Assembly: GCF_003991155.1 (NCBI RefSeq)
Contig: NZ_CP031293.1
Direction: 5' to 3' (one strand)
From: Escherichia coli
GTDB taxonomy: Bacteria > Pseudomonadota > Gammaproteobacteria > Enterobacterales > Enterobacteriaceae
Length of the DNA stretch: 64,000 nucleotides
Part shown: positions 33,440 to 49,561 of the stretch, piece after piece
Position numbering within the stretch: the first letter of the stretch is position 1
Layout: every line of letters starts with the position of its first letter
Position numbers and translations under genes: made by a program
Notes under the pieces: model-generated
Databases searched by the model: none
The model's input: the letters and a program-made list of their open reading frames with translations, nothing else
Told to the model about the DNA's origin: nothing

Positions 33440-33760
33440 TCAGGCGGCTTTCTTGAGGCAGGCGCTCATAAACTTATTACGATCATCCCCTTTCAGAGAT
33501 TGTTGCGTTGCTTGATTATTACATTCGCGCATCTTTTGCTGCTGTGGCGTCAAACTTTTTTCACCAGGCGCAGACTTGCTGTTCTTCAGGCAATCACTCA
33601 TGTAGGTCTTACGAGCATCCCCTTTCAACGCCTGCGCCGTCGCCTGCTGATTACAGGAGGTCATACGCTGTTGTTGCGGGGTTAAGGTTCTCTCGGCAGC
33701 GCCGACGGTGGTTAAAAAAACCAGTCCGAAAAGCAAGGTAACCAGTAATGTTATTTTCAT
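33440..33760 (-). CDS. psiF: Phosphate-starvation-inducible protein PsiF
   Basis: Track ORF 33440..33778; the recognised start is MKITLLVTLLFGLVFLTTVGAAERTLTPQQQRMTSCNQQ... Confidence 0.9.
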   Translation of the reverse strand: MKITLLVTLLFGLVFLTTVGAAERTLTPQQQRMTSCNQQATAQALKGDARKTYMSDCLKNSKSAPGEKSLTPQQQKMRECNNQATQQSLKGDDRNKFMSACLKKAA

Positions 33761-33878
33761 AGCACCATCCCTCTTCATGTTTTAACCATGAGCGTTTGCG
33801 CCCGTGATCTGCCATTAAGTCTGGTTGCTAACAGCAAAAAAACCACCCGACAGCGAAAATTCACCGCCGGGCGCGGTT

Positions 33879-35294
33879 TTATTTCAGCCCCAGGGCGGCT
33901 TTCATGGTGTAGAAGAGATCGGTCTGGTCGGTCAGTCCAACGACATTGGCGGCATGTGGGCCATACGCTGCAATACGCAACTGACTGCCGGTATGTTCTT
34001 GTGAATCCTCTTCGGAGTTCCCGTAACTCATCACCATCACTGCGCCATCTTTGGTATTTAGCGCCTGGGTGAGGCCCGGCGCTTTGGTGTCCGGCGCGAC
34101 AATCTGGCTGGCGTGGGCGTGATCAGCGGTGACTATGACCAGCGTGTTGCCATCCTTTTTAGCGAATTCCAGCGCACGTTGTACGGCTTCATCGAGATCG
34201 ACCGTCTCGCCAATTTGCCCACAAGGATTCGCAGCGTGATCCTGTTTATCGATTGATGCACCTTCAACTTGCAGGAAAAAGCCTTTCTCATTTTTACTCA
34301 ACAATTCAATGGCTTTGTCGGTCATCTGCGCCAGGGTCGGTACGCTGTCATTACGTTGCGGATTAGGTGTACAGGTGACTGCGGACTTATCTATATTACC
34401 GTGGTACGTTGCTTTCGGTCCTTGCCAGCGCACTGGCATATTGCCGTCAGCAAACAGTCCTAATAGGGGTTTTTGCTGATTCGCTTCCGTCACCGCATTT
34501 AGCGAGGCAGCATCGCTCACCAACTGATAACCACGCGCCAGTGCCTGTTCACGCAGCGTTTTTCCCTGCCATTCACCGGCGGTTGCCGTTTCAGCAAAGG
34601 TTTTTGCACCGCCGCCAAGCGTAACATCGGCACGGGCGTTAAGCAGCTGTTCGGTAATCGATCCTTTTCCGCCTTTTTCCAGAGCGTTACCCGGACATTT
34701 TTCACTGGTCGCACTCGGACCGTAGCATTTGCGCGAGGTCACATGCGCCACCAGCGCAGCGGGCGTGGCATCCTGCAACTCTGCGGTAGAAACGTTACCG
34801 GTCGCCAGACCTGCGGCTTTTGCCATTTCCAGAATCGTTGGGTGATCTTTTTCGTGAATATCGACGCCCAGCGCGCCGTTATAGGTTTTGACACCAGTTG
34901 ACCAGGCGGTTGCTGATGCAGCCGAGTCGGTGACGTAGTCCGGTTTGCCGGTTTTTTTATTCAGCGCATAGTGTGTGTATTGTCCGGTAAGCGGTAAGGC
35001 ATCGATACCTTTAAAAAAGCCGCCCGCACCTTCGGCATAATTGCGTGCGGCAGTAATTTCCGAGTCCCCCATCCCATCGCCAATCAGCAAAATAATATTT
35101 TTTGCAGGTTTATCGCTAAGAGAATCACGCAGAGCGGCGGTCTGATCACCCGTTAAGCGGCGAGCACCGCCGGGCGCAGTAATATCGCCCTGAGCAGCCC
35201 GGTTTTCCAGAACAGGCATTTCTGGTGTCCGGGCTTTTGTCACAGGGGAAAACAGTAACGGTAAGAGTGCCAGTGCAATAGTGCTTTGTTTCAC
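33879..35294 (-). CDS. phoA: Alkaline phosphatase precursor
   Basis: 471 aa starting [52 protein letters not shown]... Confidence 0.95.
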   Translation of the reverse strand: MKQSTIALALLPLLFSPVTKARTPEMPVLENRAAQGDITAPGGARRLTGDQTAALRDSLSDKPAKNIILLIGDGMGDSEITAARNYAEGAGGFFKGIDALPLTGQYTHYALNKKTGKPDYVTDSAASATAWSTGVKTYNGALGVDIHEKDHPTILEMAKAAGLATGNVSTAELQDATPAALVAHVTSRKCYGPSATSEKCPGNALEKGGKGSITEQLLNARADVTLGGGAKTFAETATAGEWQGKTLREQALARGYQLVSDAASLNAVTEANQQKPLLGLFADGNMPVRWQGPKATYHGNIDKSAVTCTPNPQRNDSVPTLAQMTDKAIELLSKNEKGFFLQVEGASIDKQDHAANPCGQIGETVDLDEAVQRALEFAKKDGNTLVIVTADHAHASQIVAPDTKAPGLTQALNTKDGAVMVMSYGNSEEDSQEHTGSQLRIAAYGPHAANVVGLTDQTDLFYTMKAALGLK

Positions 35295-35355
35295 TTTATT
35301 TTCTCCATGTACAAATACATTAAAAATAAAAACAAAGCGACTATAAGTCTCGGCC

Positions 35356-35373
35356 GTGACAGCTTTATGACAG
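35356..35373 (-). promoter_or_regulatory. Pho box of the phoA promoter
   Basis: The minus strand reads CTGTCATAAAGCTGTCAC about 60-80 bp upstream of the phoA start, between iraP and phoA. Confidence 0.7.
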
Positions 35374-35393
35374 CTGTTGAAAAGATTAACTTT

Positions 35394-35654
35394 TTACTGA
35401 CGAGGATGCTTCAATAACTTCTTTACATAATTGCGCAGCAGCTCCGTATCGTCGTCAGGAATGCTGGCATCGGGCTTTACCTCGTACAGCGCCCCCTCTA
35501 CCTGATCAATCAACCTCTGTTGGTCATTTTGCGCCATATTGCGAAGCATTGCCGTGACGATAATCTCCAAAGCTTCTACCTGCGCACACAGTTCTTTCGA
35601 CTCTTCTTCTTTTTGGGCAAGCTTAAATAACAACTCAGCAATGAGATTTTTCAT
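35394..35654 (-). CDS. iraP: Anti-adaptor protein IraP (YaiB)
   Basis: 86 aa, [59 protein letters not shown]... Confidence 0.92.
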   Translation of the reverse strand: MKNLIAELLFKLAQKEEESKELCAQVEALEIIVTAMLRNMAQNDQQRLIDQVEGALYEVKPDASIPDDDTELLRNYVKKLLKHPRQ

Positions 35655-36116
35655 GTCTGTATTTCCTTATCCAAAGTATGGAGAAGTTAACATTATGTTT
35701 CACAACTTCATAGTGTCTGGAAGTATTATTTTTATGACAAAGGAAATACTTTGCGCAAATATTTTTTGTTTGATTACCAGCGAAACGTTTCTCTTATTTT
35801 AATAATTACCCACACAAAATATAGGCTTTTAATTATCAACCTTTATTATAAATAAAAGTTATGAAATATATTCTCTTCGTTAACTTATAATTAAGAGAAA
35901 AAAACTCACTGCATGGCCATACAAGCCAGGAATAAATTAGCTTCCCGTTCATCATTTTTGTGATCTTGCGCACATCATTGAGATAACGCACTTTCTTCAC
36001 CAGTACGTTGCACGCTTTGTCAGCAGAAGATTGCAACATTCTGTCAGAAGGCCGCGAATCCCCCGTTTTGTCGTGGTAATGTATGCACTTTGTGTTAGAC
36101 GGGATAGGTTTTTAAG

Positions 36117-37211
36117 ATGGAAAAACTGCGGGTAGGAATCGTTTTTGGTGGTAAATCAGCGGAACATGAAGTGTCTCTGCAATCGGCAAAAAACATTGTC
36201 GATGCCATTGATAAAAGTCGCTTCGACGTTGTGCTGCTGGGCATTGATAAACAAGGGCAATGGCACGTCAGCGATGCCAGCAATTATCTGCTAAATGCAG
36301 ACGATCCTGCCCATATTGCGTTGCGCCCTTCGGCGACCAGCCTTGCGCAGGTGCCTGGTAAACATGAACATCAGCTTATCGACGCGCAAAACGGTCAGCC
36401 GTTGCCGACGGTGGATGTCATTTTCCCGATTGTCCACGGTACGCTGGGCGAAGATGGTTCCTTGCAGGGAATGCTGCGGGTCGCCAATTTACCGTTTGTA
36501 GGTTCTGATGTTCTGGCTTCAGCGGCCTGTATGGATAAAGATGTCACCAAACGTCTGCTGCGCGATGCCGGGCTGAACATTGCGCCATTTATTACCCTGA
36601 CGCGCGCTAATCGTCACAACATCAGTTTTGCCGAAGTGGAGTCTAAACTGGGGTTACCGCTGTTTGTAAAACCGGCTAATCAGGGCTCTTCTGTTGGTGT
36701 CAGCAAAGTAACCAGTGAAGAACAGTACGCAATTGCCGTCGATCTGGCGTTCGAGTTCGACCATAAAGTGATCGTTGAGCAAGGGATCAAAGGTCGTGAG
36801 ATCGAATGCGCAGTTCTGGGCAACGACAATCCGCAAGCCAGCACCTGTGGCGAGATCGTACTAACCAGCGATTTTTATGCCTACGACACCAAGTACATTG
36901 ACGAAGATGGCGCGAAAGTGGTTGTTCCGGCAGCCATTGCGCCAGAAATCAACGATAAGATCCGGGCGATTGCCGTTCAGGCCTATCAAACGTTGGGATG
37001 CGCAGGCATGGCGCGTGTAGACGTGTTTTTAACCCCAGAGAACGAAGTGGTGATCAACGAGATCAACACCCTGCCTGGCTTCACCAACATCAGTATGTAT
37101 CCGAAGTTGTGGCAAGCCAGCGGTCTGGGTTACACCGACCTGATCACGCGTTTGATTGAGCTGGCGCTGGAGCGTCACGCTGCAGATAACGCACTGAAAA
37201 CCACAATGTAA
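36117..37211 (+). CDS. ddlA: D-alanine--D-alanine ligase A
   Basis: 364 aa, [51 protein letters not shown]... Confidence 0.95.
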   Translation: MEKLRVGIVFGGKSAEHEVSLQSAKNIVDAIDKSRFDVVLLGIDKQGQWHVSDASNYLLNADDPAHIALRPSATSLAQVPGKHEHQLIDAQNGQPLPTVDVIFPIVHGTLGEDGSLQGMLRVANLPFVGSDVLASAACMDKDVTKRLLRDAGLNIAPFITLTRANRHNISFAEVESKLGLPLFVKPANQGSSVGVSKVTSEEQYAIAVDLAFEFDHKVIVEQGIKGREIECAVLGNDNPQASTCGEIVLTSDFYAYDTKYIDEDGAKVVVPAAIAPEINDKIRAIAVQAYQTLGCAGMARVDVFLTPENEVVINEINTLPGFTNISMYPKLWQASGLGYTDLITRLIELALERHAADNALKTTM

Positions 37212-37234
37212 TATTCAAACGCCCGGTAATATTC

Positions 37235-37447
37235 TTATTGGGCGTTTTCAGTTTCTTCATCGCGACGACGAATAATCAACCCCGCCAGCCAGAAACTAAT
37301 CACCCACGTCACCAGACCGACGGCATAGGTCTGCCAACCTTTTGCTTCAAATCCCAGTAACCCCACCACGCCATTAAGAATGAATATAAGGCCAATGGCG
37401 AACGCATAGTAGTGCCAGTCACGGCGGATTTTTACAGGCAAGTTCAT
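37235..37447 (-). CDS. yaiZ: Small inner-membrane protein YaiZ
   Basis: Track ORF 37235..37579; the recognised protein is MNLPVKIRRDWHYYAFAIGLIFILNGVVGLLGFEAKGWQTYAVGLVTWVISFWLAGLIIRRRDEETENAQ (70 aa). Confidence 0.85.
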   Translation of the reverse strand: MNLPVKIRRDWHYYAFAIGLIFILNGVVGLLGFEAKGWQTYAVGLVTWVISFWLAGLIIRRRDEETENAQ

Positions 37448-37706
37448 GGCAGCTCCGTTAACGAAAAACAACATCCTTGCATATTCTGTAACAACTGTCT
37501 GTGGGGTAGACAACACTTTCGCATTTGTTAATAAATTTAACTTAAGGTTGCCATTTTGTGACTCACAACGAAGATTCACGCTTCGGGAATATTCCCAACA
37601 TCAATTTACCATGATTCTGATATTGACAATCTTAATGACCTGTCAGACTTGCCATAAGCCGCTGGTATCACACCAGAAGAGAAGCAGATGACTTCCGGAG
37701 GTTTTT

Positions 37707-38015
37707 ATGGCTGATTTCACCCTGTCAAAATCGCTGTTTAGCGGAAAATATCGCAATGCCTCTTCAACGCCTGGCAATATTGCCTATGCGTTGTTTGTGC
37801 TGTTTTGCTTTTGGGCTGGGGCGCAATTGCTGAACCTGCTAGTGCATGCGCCCGGCGTCTATGAGCGTTTAATGCAGGTCCAGGAAACAGGTCGCCCACG
37901 GGTGGAAATTGGTTTAGGTGTCGGCACCATTTTCGGGCTGATCCCGTTTTTAGTTGGCTGCCTCATTTTTGCAGTAGTGGCGCTATGGCTGCACTGGCGA
38001 CATCGCCGCCAGTAA
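37707..38015 (+). CDS. yaiY: Inner-membrane protein YaiY
   Basis: 102 aa, [57 protein letters not shown]... Confidence 0.88.
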
Positions 38016-38072
38016 GATTTACTTGCCAGATAGGACCTAAAACGCTTTATCTGGCATGACATTCCTGTTTGA

Positions 38073-39167
38073 TCACTGTTTCATACAACGCGCCCGCCGT
38101 TCGTCTACGCGCTTCGCAAACCAGGCCGTAGTCAGGTTGCGGGTGATTTTCGGGCTTTCCAGTTGAATGCCAGGCAACATTTCGCGGGGTAGTGATTTAC
38201 CCGTTTTCGCTTCGGCAAGTTGATAAACTTTCTTGTACAGCGCCGTCTCCTCAAAAGAGAAGCTGTCCCCTTTCTCTAACTGGCGGCGAATTTCACTGTC
38301 GCTCATCCCCAGTTTTCCCGCCAGTTTGCGCGTTGCCAGTTCGGTTTTCCCGGGCTCTTTACTGTCGTAACGAATTAAATCACCGTCCAGTGCCAGCTTC
38401 ACGCCGCTGACCTTACTGACCGCGTTCTGAAACGCGGCATTACGGCTGGCGTACCAGCCAGCGTTAAAATCAGCAAAACGGTATATCGGCGCGCTATAGC
38501 TGGCGGGATAATTCAGTAAATGGTAAGTACCAAACCACAACCCGCCGCGACGACTGAAGACTTCCTGACGGACTGTACCGTCCATTTTCCACGGATACCC
38601 TTTGGTATGCTGTTCGGCAAAGGCAATGCTGACCTGCATCGGCCCACCGGTGCGCACCGGATTAAGCGAACCAAACAACGTCTGCCCCATTGGCACCATG
38701 CTGATCAGATCGTCAAAAATCGCGCTCAATTGCTTTTCAGTACGCACCGAATCTAACCGTTCGCTATAGCTTTTGCCGTTTGGCGATTTGATTTTTAGCG
38801 CGGTATGCACCAGAAAAGCAGGAATGTGCATCCGTTCAGCACGACGGTCAATCTCTTGCCAGGCGATCTTGCTTAAGCCCGGAACAGCCGGATCTGCCTG
38901 ATAATTTGACTCCTGCTGCGCCACCGCCAGCACCGAGCAGACGTTTTCCAGCGTCGGTGCCAGCCCCTGACTTTCAAACGTGGTGGCGAGATCTTTCGCC
39001 CAGGCATCGCGGTCTTTCACGCTCGCAGGCATCTTCTGCCGCACGACGCTCGCCACATCTATCGCTTTTTCGCCCTTTTTCAACGGTTGCGGAGCCTGAC
39101 TACTACACCCCGCTAAAACCAGAACCGCCAACAATGACAGCGAAGATAGATGATTGACGCGCGACAT
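38073..39167 (-). CDS. yaiW: Lipoprotein YaiW
   Basis: 364 aa, MSRVNHLSSLSLLAVLVLAGCSSQAPQPLKKGEKAIDVASVVRQ...; lipobox LAGC. Confidence 0.9.
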   Translation of the reverse strand: MSRVNHLSSLSLLAVLVLAGCSSQAPQPLKKGEKAIDVASVVRQKMPASVKDRDAWAKDLATTFESQGLAPTLENVCSVLAVAQQESNYQADPAVPGLSKIAWQEIDRRAERMHIPAFLVHTALKIKSPNGKSYSERLDSVRTEKQLSAIFDDLISMVPMGQTLFGSLNPVRTGGPMQVSIAFAEQHTKGYPWKMDGTVRQEVFSRRGGLWFGTYHLLNYPASYSAPIYRFADFNAGWYASRNAAFQNAVSKVSGVKLALDGDLIRYDSKEPGKTELATRKLAGKLGMSDSEIRRQLEKGDSFSFEETALYKKVYQLAEAKTGKSLPREMLPGIQLESPKITRNLTTAWFAKRVDERRARCMKQ

Positions 39168-39179
39168 TACTTCTCCTTT

Positions 39180-40400
39180 TTAGCTCAAGGTATGGGTTAC
39201 TTCCTGAATTTTGTCACCATCCAGCTCATGTTCAAAGCTGCGCAGACGTTTGTAGATAGACATCAACTCAACCAGTGTGGTCCATGAGTTAATCAGGTAC
39301 TGGAAAGCTCCGCGAACCTGACCAAAAACGTTGGTAATCTGCGTCATCAGGCCGAGCGTAATCGTACCGGCAACAATTGACGGAAACAGCAAGAACAAAC
39401 CGAAAACGTTATCGACCTGCAAATAGAGAATGCGGGCGATATTGAAATACATATAGTGAAAATAGAGGCGGAAATAGTTTTTCCGTACGGCGCTAAAAAG
39501 CTCGCGTACCGTAGGCGGCGTCGCGCGCGTGGCATCGTCTTCACCATAAACCAGCTCTTTACGGTAGGCAGCCTCTACACGCTGGTTTTTAAACTCCAGC
39601 CCCGGCAGTTTGATCCCTACCACTGCCAGTAATCCGGTCCCCATCAGCGACCAGACGATAGCGGCAATCACCAGACCATACGGAATGTGCCCGACAATCG
39701 GCAGCTCCGGCACATGCGCGGAGAGCGTGACCAGCACCGGCAGGAAGGCGATCAACGTCATGATGGCGTTGATAAAACTGACGCCCATATTCTCCAGCGT
39801 TGAAGCAAAACGCATGGTGTCTTCCTGCACACGCTGTGCGGCACCTTCGATATGACGCAGTTGTTGCCAGTTCGCCATGTAATATTCGTTCATCGCTGTA
39901 CGCCAGCGGAACACGTAGTGACTGACAAAGAAGTTGTTCAGCACACTGATCACTACCGCGATCAGCGCAATCCCCAGAAAGACGCCCACTTCGCGGTAAA
40001 ATTGTTCGATGGTGACTTTATGCGGCGAACTTAGCGCGGTTTGAATCAGATCATAGAACGGCGCATACCAGGCGTTGACGGCGACCCCGACTTCCACCAA
40101 AAACCAGGTGACGAAGATGATCAGTGCAGTACCGAGTATTGACCAATATTGCCAACGATGCGGGCTATAGATAAACCAGAACAATGCAAAAAGTCCTACG
40201 CAAACAATGTAGTAAGCGTAAAAAATCAGGAAATCCAACGACCAGAAACGCGCGGCGCTAATCGGGATCTGCCCGGAAGCTCCGGTGATACGCGCCACCC
40301 AGTCACCCCCACCGGCTTGCCAGAAGATAACGGCAATCAATGCCCAAACAAAGGCCGAGAGAAAAAACGTTCCCGGCTTTGGGAAAAAAGACTTAAACAT
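39180..40400 (-). CDS. sbmA: Peptide antibiotic / microcin transporter SbmA
   Basis: Track ORF 39180..40406; the recognised start is [40 protein letters not shown]... (406 aa). Confidence 0.93.
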   Translation of the reverse strand: MFKSFFPKPGTFFLSAFVWALIAVIFWQAGGGDWVARITGASGQIPISAARFWSLDFLIFYAYYIVCVGLFALFWFIYSPHRWQYWSILGTALIIFVTWFLVEVGVAVNAWYAPFYDLIQTALSSPHKVTIEQFYREVGVFLGIALIAVVISVLNNFFVSHYVFRWRTAMNEYYMANWQQLRHIEGAAQRVQEDTMRFASTLENMGVSFINAIMTLIAFLPVLVTLSAHVPELPIVGHIPYGLVIAAIVWSLMGTGLLAVVGIKLPGLEFKNQRVEAAYRKELVYGEDDATRATPPTVRELFSAVRKNYFRLYFHYMYFNIARILYLQVDNVFGLFLLFPSIVAGTITLGLMTQITNVFGQVRGAFQYLINSWTTLVELMSIYKRLRSFEHELDGDKIQEVTHTLS

Positions 40401-40751
40401 ATGCACTCCTGCTAACTTCTTATCGTTTTAACAACTGCTGTGTATTAACCGCATGACCGCTACAAAGCGTCAGCCAAATGAAACCGCCCATTGTGACCCA
40501 TAGCAAGGCGCTTAGTTCGCCAGCCTGAGCATAAGAATTGTTTCGACGGATTTCACAAACCAAAGATTGTTTACATAAGCGGATTAACACGCGCAGGATC
40601 ACAAATGCAGGCATTGGTGAGCAGGAAAAAGATCGTGTTTACGCGCCGTTACGTTTTTAACACTATTATTGCACTAATTCGCCCTTTGCAATCCATCAAT
40701 GAGTAGTATAAATACGCTCAGTTACCTTCATTCAATTTATGGACACCACCG

Positions 40752-41909
40752 TTGAAACGTAGTCTGCTTTTTTCTGCCGTGCTGTGTGCGGCGTCATTGA
40801 CCTCCGTCCATGCGGCGCAGCCGATCACTGAACCGGAGTTTGCCTCTGATATTGTCGATCGTTATGCCGATCATATTTTTTACGGCAGCGGTGCCACGGG
40901 GATGGCGCTGGTTGTTATCGACGGTAACCAGCGCGTCTTTCGCAGTTATGGCGAAACGCGACCTGGTAATAACGTTCGCCCGCAGCTGGATTCGGTCGTG
41001 CGTATTGCTTCCCTCACCAAGCTAATGACCAGTGAAATGCTGGTGAAATTGCTCGACCAGGGGACCGTGAAGTTAAACGATCCGCTAAGTAAATATGCTC
41101 CGCCAGGCGCACGCGTGCCAACCTACAATGGGACGCCCATTACGCTGGTGAATCTAGCAACCCATACCAGCGCCCTGCCCCGTGAACAGCCCGGTGGCGC
41201 GGCACATCGTCCGGTATTTGTCTGGCCAACGCGCGAGCAACGCTGGAAATACCTTTCCACTGCCAAACTAAAAGCCGCGCCAGGCAGTCAGGCGGCGTAC
41301 TCTAACCTTGCGTTCGACCTGCTGGCAGATGCACTGGCGAATGCGTCCGGCAAGCCTTATACCCAGTTGTTTGAAGAGCAGATTACCCGTCCATTGGGGA
41401 TGAAAGACACCACCTACACCCCCTCACCGGATCAGTGCCGCCGTTTAATGGTTGCTGAGCGCGGTGCCAGTCCGTGCAATAACACGCTGGCGGCAATTGG
41501 CAGCGGCGGCGTCTATTCCACGCCTGGCGATATGATGCGCTGGATGCAGCAGTATTTGTCATCTGATTTTTATCAGCGCAGTAATCAGGCAGATCGCATG
41601 CAGACGTTGATTTATCAGCGCGCGCAGTTTACGAAAGTGATTGGCATGGATGTCCCCGGCAAAGCGGATGCGCTTGGTTTAGGCTGGGTATATATGGCCC
41701 CGAAAGAGGGTCGTCCGGGGATTATTCAGAAGACAGGCGGTGGTGGCGGTTTCATTACCTATATGGCGATGATCCCGCAGAAGAATATTGGCGCATTTGT
41801 GGTGGTCACTCGTTCGCCATTGACGCGCTTTAAAAATATGAGCGATGGCATCAATGACCTGGTGACCGAACTGAGCGGGAATAAGCCGTTGGTCATCCCC
41901 GCGTCCTGA
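40752..41909 (+). CDS. ampH: Penicillin-binding protein AmpH (class C beta-lactamase-like)
   Basis: 385 aa, MKRSLLFSAVLCAASLTSVHAAQPITEPEFASDIVDRYADHIFYGSGATGMALVV...; SxxK motif (SLTK). Confidence 0.93.
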   Translation: MKRSLLFSAVLCAASLTSVHAAQPITEPEFASDIVDRYADHIFYGSGATGMALVVIDGNQRVFRSYGETRPGNNVRPQLDSVVRIASLTKLMTSEMLVKLLDQGTVKLNDPLSKYAPPGARVPTYNGTPITLVNLATHTSALPREQPGGAAHRPVFVWPTREQRWKYLSTAKLKAAPGSQAAYSNLAFDLLADALANASGKPYTQLFEEQITRPLGMKDTTYTPSPDQCRRLMVAERGASPCNNTLAAIGSGGVYSTPGDMMRWMQQYLSSDFYQRSNQADRMQTLIYQRAQFTKVIGMDVPGKADALGLGWVYMAPKEGRPGIIQKTGGGGGFITYMAMIPQKNIGAFVVVTRSPLTRFKNMSDGINDLVTELSGNKPLVIPAS

Positions 41910-42592
<683 letters not shown>

Positions 42593-42606
42593 AACCTATT
42601 TCTTCA

Positions 42607-45570
<2,964 letters not shown>

Positions 45571-46095
45571 TTGTCATCCCTCCTCAGGGACGTAATAAGT
45601 TGATCCATCAATTATCAATGCATAGAAAACATATTATGTTTCGCGTTTACGATTATGCGGCGTTATAGAGGAATGGTTCAATTATTCTTTCCTCTAAGTC
45701 CGATTGCGGACATATATAAAGCACGTGAACACACACAAAGAAAGAAATAACAAAAACACAATATTTCAATACGTTAATGAAAGCGTTAATTTTAAAATAT
45801 AGACCATGAAAATACAAAACACACAAAACAGACAAATAATGTATCAATAAGCAATGAACTTTAAGTCATTCACTTTTTGAAAACGTCACCAAATCTCCAA
45901 AAACAATAATCTATAGCTATAAATAAAAATTAAAAATATTTTCAATGAATATAAATTTATTGCTATTTCTATTACAAAGATGTCCTGACCTCTCATTCAT
46001 TCTCTTCTTGTCAACATCGCGACAACTTTCGTAAAACATCCCCACCCTGCTTCAGGTATACTATGCCCCTCGATTCCACAAACATCAGGCAGACC

Positions 46096-47070
46096 ATGAC
46101 CGACTTAATCCAACGCCCTCGTCGCCTGCGCAAATCTCCTGCGCTGCGCGCTATGTTTGAAGAGACAACACTTAGCCTTAACGACCTGGTGTTGCCGATC
46201 TTTGTTGAAGAAGAAATTGACGACTACAAAGCCGTTGAAGCCATGCCAGGCGTGATGCGCATTCCAGAGAAACATCTGGCACGCGAAATTGAACGCATCG
46301 CCAACGCCGGTATTCGTTCCGTGATGACTTTCGGCATTTCCCACCATACCGATGAAACCGGCAGCGATGCCTGGCGGGAAGATGGACTGGTGGCGCGGAT
46401 GTCGCGCATCTGCAAGCAGACTGTGCCAGAAATGATCGTTATGTCAGACACCTGCTTCTGTGAATACACATCTCACGGTCACTGCGGTGTTCTGTGCGAG
46501 CATGGCGTCGACAACGACGCGACTCTGGAAAATTTAGGCAAGCAAGCTGTGGTTGCAGCTGCTGCAGGCGCAGATTTCATCGCCCCTTCCGCTGCGATGG
46601 ATGGTCAGGTACAGGCGATTCGCCAGGCGCTGGACGCTGCGGGCTTTAAAGATACGGCGATTATGTCGTATTCGACCAAGTTCGCCTCCTCCTTTTATGG
46701 CCCGTTCCGTGAAGCTGCTGGAAGCGCATTAAAAGGCGACCGCAAAAGCTATCAGATGAACCCAATGAACCGTCGTGAGGCGATTCGTGAGTCACTGCTG
46801 GATGAAGCCCAGGGCGCAGACTGCCTGATGGTTAAACCTGCTGGAGCGTACCTCGACATCGTGCGTGAGCTGCGTGAACGTACTGAATTGCCGATTGGCG
46901 CGTATCAGGTGAGCGGTGAGTACGCGATGATTAAGTTCGCCGCGCTGGCGGGTGCTATAGATGAAGAGAAAGTTGTGCTCGAAAGCTTAGGTTCGATTAA
47001 GCGTGCGGGTGCGGATCTGATTTTCAGCTACTTTGCGCTGGATTTGGCTGAGAAGAAGATTCTGCGTTAA
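46096..47070 (+). CDS. hemB: Porphobilinogen synthase (delta-aminolevulinic acid dehydratase)
   Basis: Track ORF 46063..47070; the recognised start is [40 protein letters not shown]... (324 aa). Confidence 0.95.
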
Positions 47071-47080
47071 TGATCATTAT

Positions 47081-47100
47081 GCCGGGTTATCCAACCCGGC
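47081..47100. terminator. Hairpin between the convergent hemB and tauD genes (likely bidirectional terminator)
   Basis: gccgggtt-atcca-acccggc immediately after the hemB stop. Confidence 0.6.
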
Positions 47101-47109
47101 ATTTCTCCC

Positions 47110-47961
47110 TTACCCCGCCCGATAAAACGGTTTATCCCCAAGAATCGTCGCCCGATGCATAATCCGCCGCTGTGGCAGGTAATCCGCATTGGCATAGTGC
47201 TGGGTCACGCGGTTATCCCAAATCGCGATATCATTTGGCTGCCAGCGCCAGCGCACCTGAAACTCCGGTTTGGTGATATGGGCAAACAAAAAACCTAACA
47301 AGGCTTCGCTCTCTTTCTCGCTGACATCAACAATTCGCGTGGTAAAGCCTTCATTCACAAACAGCGCCTGTTTACCGCTCACCGGATGCGTTCGCACCAC
47401 CGGATGTAGCAACGGCGGATTTTTCGCGACCGCCTCGCGCCAGCGTTGATGCTCCTCCTCGGTTTTGCGGTATTTGTATTCCGGGAACGATTTACGGAAA
47501 TCATGCTCCGCACGCAACCCGCTCAGCAGCTGGCGGAAGGGAACAGAGAGCGCCTCATAGGCCGCAATACCGCTGGTCCAGAGCGTATCGCCGCCGGTCG
47601 AGGGTAACTCTTTTGCCGCCAGAATCGCCCCTGCGGGTGGCGTTTCAATAAATGTCACATCGGTATGCCAGTTGTCGTTATCCGGCGGATTATCGTTATG
47701 AGTATCCAGGACGATGATCTCGTCAACCCCTTCGGCATGAGGGTAAACAGGATGAATATGCAGTTCGCCAAAACGTTGGGCCAGCGCGCGTTGCTGCTGC
47801 GGCGTAATAGCTTGATCGCGCAGAAACACCACCTGATGGCGCAGCACCGCATGGTAAAGCTGTTCAAACTGATTATCGCTTAACGGGCGCGTCAGGTCGG
47901 CACCCGAAATTTGTGCGCCAATATACGGCCCCAGCGGGGTAATGCTCAGACGTTCACTCAT
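47110..47961 (-). CDS. tauD: Taurine dioxygenase (alpha-ketoglutarate-dependent)
   Basis: 283 aa, [56 protein letters not shown]... Confidence 0.95.
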   Translation of the reverse strand: MSERLSITPLGPYIGAQISGADLTRPLSDNQFEQLYHAVLRHQVVFLRDQAITPQQQRALAQRFGELHIHPVYPHAEGVDEIIVLDTHNDNPPDNDNWHTDVTFIETPPAGAILAAKELPSTGGDTLWTSGIAAYEALSVPFRQLLSGLRAEHDFRKSFPEYKYRKTEEEHQRWREAVAKNPPLLHPVVRTHPVSGKQALFVNEGFTTRIVDVSEKESEALLGFLFAHITKPEFQVRWRWQPNDIAIWDNRVTQHYANADYLPQRRIMHRATILGDKPFYRAG

Positions 47962-48785
47962 TGTACTTCTCCATGCCAGGGCGTCAGGCGGCGCTGTAAC
48001 GCGCGCAAACCCAGTTCTAAAAGAAAAGCGATAATCGCAATCACCGCGATCCCCGCCAGCACCACGTCAGTCGCGAGAAATTCACCCGCTGACTGAACCA
48101 TAAATCCTAAACCGCGCGTCGCGGCAATCAGCTCCGCCGCTACCAGCGTAGACCAGCCCACACCCAGACCAATGCGTAATCCGGTGAGGATTTCCGGCAG
48201 CGCACCGGGCAAAATAACAAACCACAGCACCTGCGCACGACTGGCACCCAGCGACTGGGCGGCACGAATGCGAACCTGCTGCGCGCTTTTCACCCCCGCC
48301 AGCGCCGACATCGCCACAGGTGCAAAAATCGCTAAATAGATCAGTAAGATCTTCGAGGTTTCGCCAATACCAAACCAGATCACCATCAGCGGCAAATAAG
48401 CCAGCGGCGGCACCGGACGATAAAGCTCGATTATCGGATCCAGAATGCCGCGCACCGTCGGGCTTAGCCCCATGGCGATCCCGACCGGAATACCGATCAA
48501 CACCGCCGCGAGTAGCGCCAGCAAAATGCGCGTCAGGCTGGCTGCCAGATGCTGCCACAGCGTGGCGTCCATAAATCCCTGCGGTCCGGCAATGGTGAGC
48601 AGTTTTGCCAGGACCTGTTGCGGTGGCGGCAAAAACAGCGGGCTAATCAGTTGCAGCGCCGCCACCGCCCACCATACAGTGAGTAAAACCGCTAACGTGC
48701 CAATGCTTAAGGTCACCTGACGCGAGAGCGGCCAGCGCCATTTCAGCCGATGCGAATGCAGTTTTTCATTAATGAGCACACTCAT
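47958..48785 (-). CDS. tauC: Taurine ABC transporter permease
   Basis: 275 aa, [58 protein letters not shown]... Confidence 0.93.
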   Translation of the reverse strand: MSVLINEKLHSHRLKWRWPLSRQVTLSIGTLAVLLTVWWAVAALQLISPLFLPPPQQVLAKLLTIAGPQGFMDATLWQHLAASLTRILLALLAAVLIGIPVGIAMGLSPTVRGILDPIIELYRPVPPLAYLPLMVIWFGIGETSKILLIYLAIFAPVAMSALAGVKSAQQVRIRAAQSLGASRAQVLWFVILPGALPEILTGLRIGLGVGWSTLVAAELIAATRGLGFMVQSAGEFLATDVVLAGIAVIAIIAFLLELGLRALQRRLTPWHGEVQ

Positions 48786-49549
48786 GAGAATGCCTCCCGT
48801 TGCTCAAATACGCGGCTTAAAACATATTCGCGCATGGCGATGAATTGTGGATCGGACTTGATGCTGCGGCTCGGTTCCCCGGCAACAAAGCGGCGAGCAA
48901 AGTTGAGCGGCAGCCGCTCCAGCACGCGGCCAGGGCCGGATGAAAGCAGAACCAGTTCAGTCGCCATAAACACCGCTTCTTCTATATCGTGGGTAATCAA
49001 CAGCACCTGCTTGCCCGTCTCCTGCCAGAGTTTCAGCAGCAGGGTTTGCATCTGATCGCGGGTGAAGGCGTCCAGCGCGCCAAACGGTTCGTCGAGTAAT
49101 AACAGCTGGGGATTCGCCGCCAGCGCGCGGGCAATCCCTACCCGCTGACGTTGACCGCCGGAAAGCTGCCAGATATAGCGTTTTTCTGCGCCTTCCAGCC
49201 CCACTTTTTTCAGCATCTGGTGCGCGATTTCCAGTCGCTGTACTTTCTCTACACCTGCCAGTTGCAGGCCGAATGCCACGTTGTCCTGTACATTGCGCCA
49301 CGGTAGTAGCCCTTCATTCTGAAAAACTACGCCACGCTCTGCTCCCGGTCCCTCAATACGCTTACCCGCCAGTTGAATGCTGCCATGCTGATAAGGCACA
49401 AAACCGGCAATCAGATTCAGCAAGGTGGTTTTGCCGCAGCCAGACGGCCCCAGCACCACCAGTAGCTCGCCGCTTTCCAGCGTCAGGTTGATATCTTCCA
49501 GTGCCGGTTTGCCGCCATAATCGGCGTAAAGATGAGAGATTTGCAGCAT
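48782..49549 (-). CDS. tauB: Taurine ABC transporter ATP-binding protein
   Basis: 255 aa, [50 protein letters not shown]...; Walker A and LSGGQ signature. Confidence 0.95.
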   Translation of the reverse strand: MLQISHLYADYGGKPALEDINLTLESGELLVVLGPSGCGKTTLLNLIAGFVPYQHGSIQLAGKRIEGPGAERGVVFQNEGLLPWRNVQDNVAFGLQLAGVEKVQRLEIAHQMLKKVGLEGAEKRYIWQLSGGQRQRVGIARALAANPQLLLLDEPFGALDAFTRDQMQTLLLKLWQETGKQVLLITHDIEEAVFMATELVLLSSGPGRVLERLPLNFARRFVAGEPSRSIKSDPQFIAMREYVLSRVFEQREAFS

Positions 49550-49561
49550 CTGCGCCTCCTT

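Noticed and set aside
35836-36039. 67-aa minus-strand ORF in the iraP-ddlA intergenic region
   Set aside because: AT-rich promoter region, no ribosome-binding site noticed, hydrophobic low-complexity translation; more likely promoter DNA than a gene.
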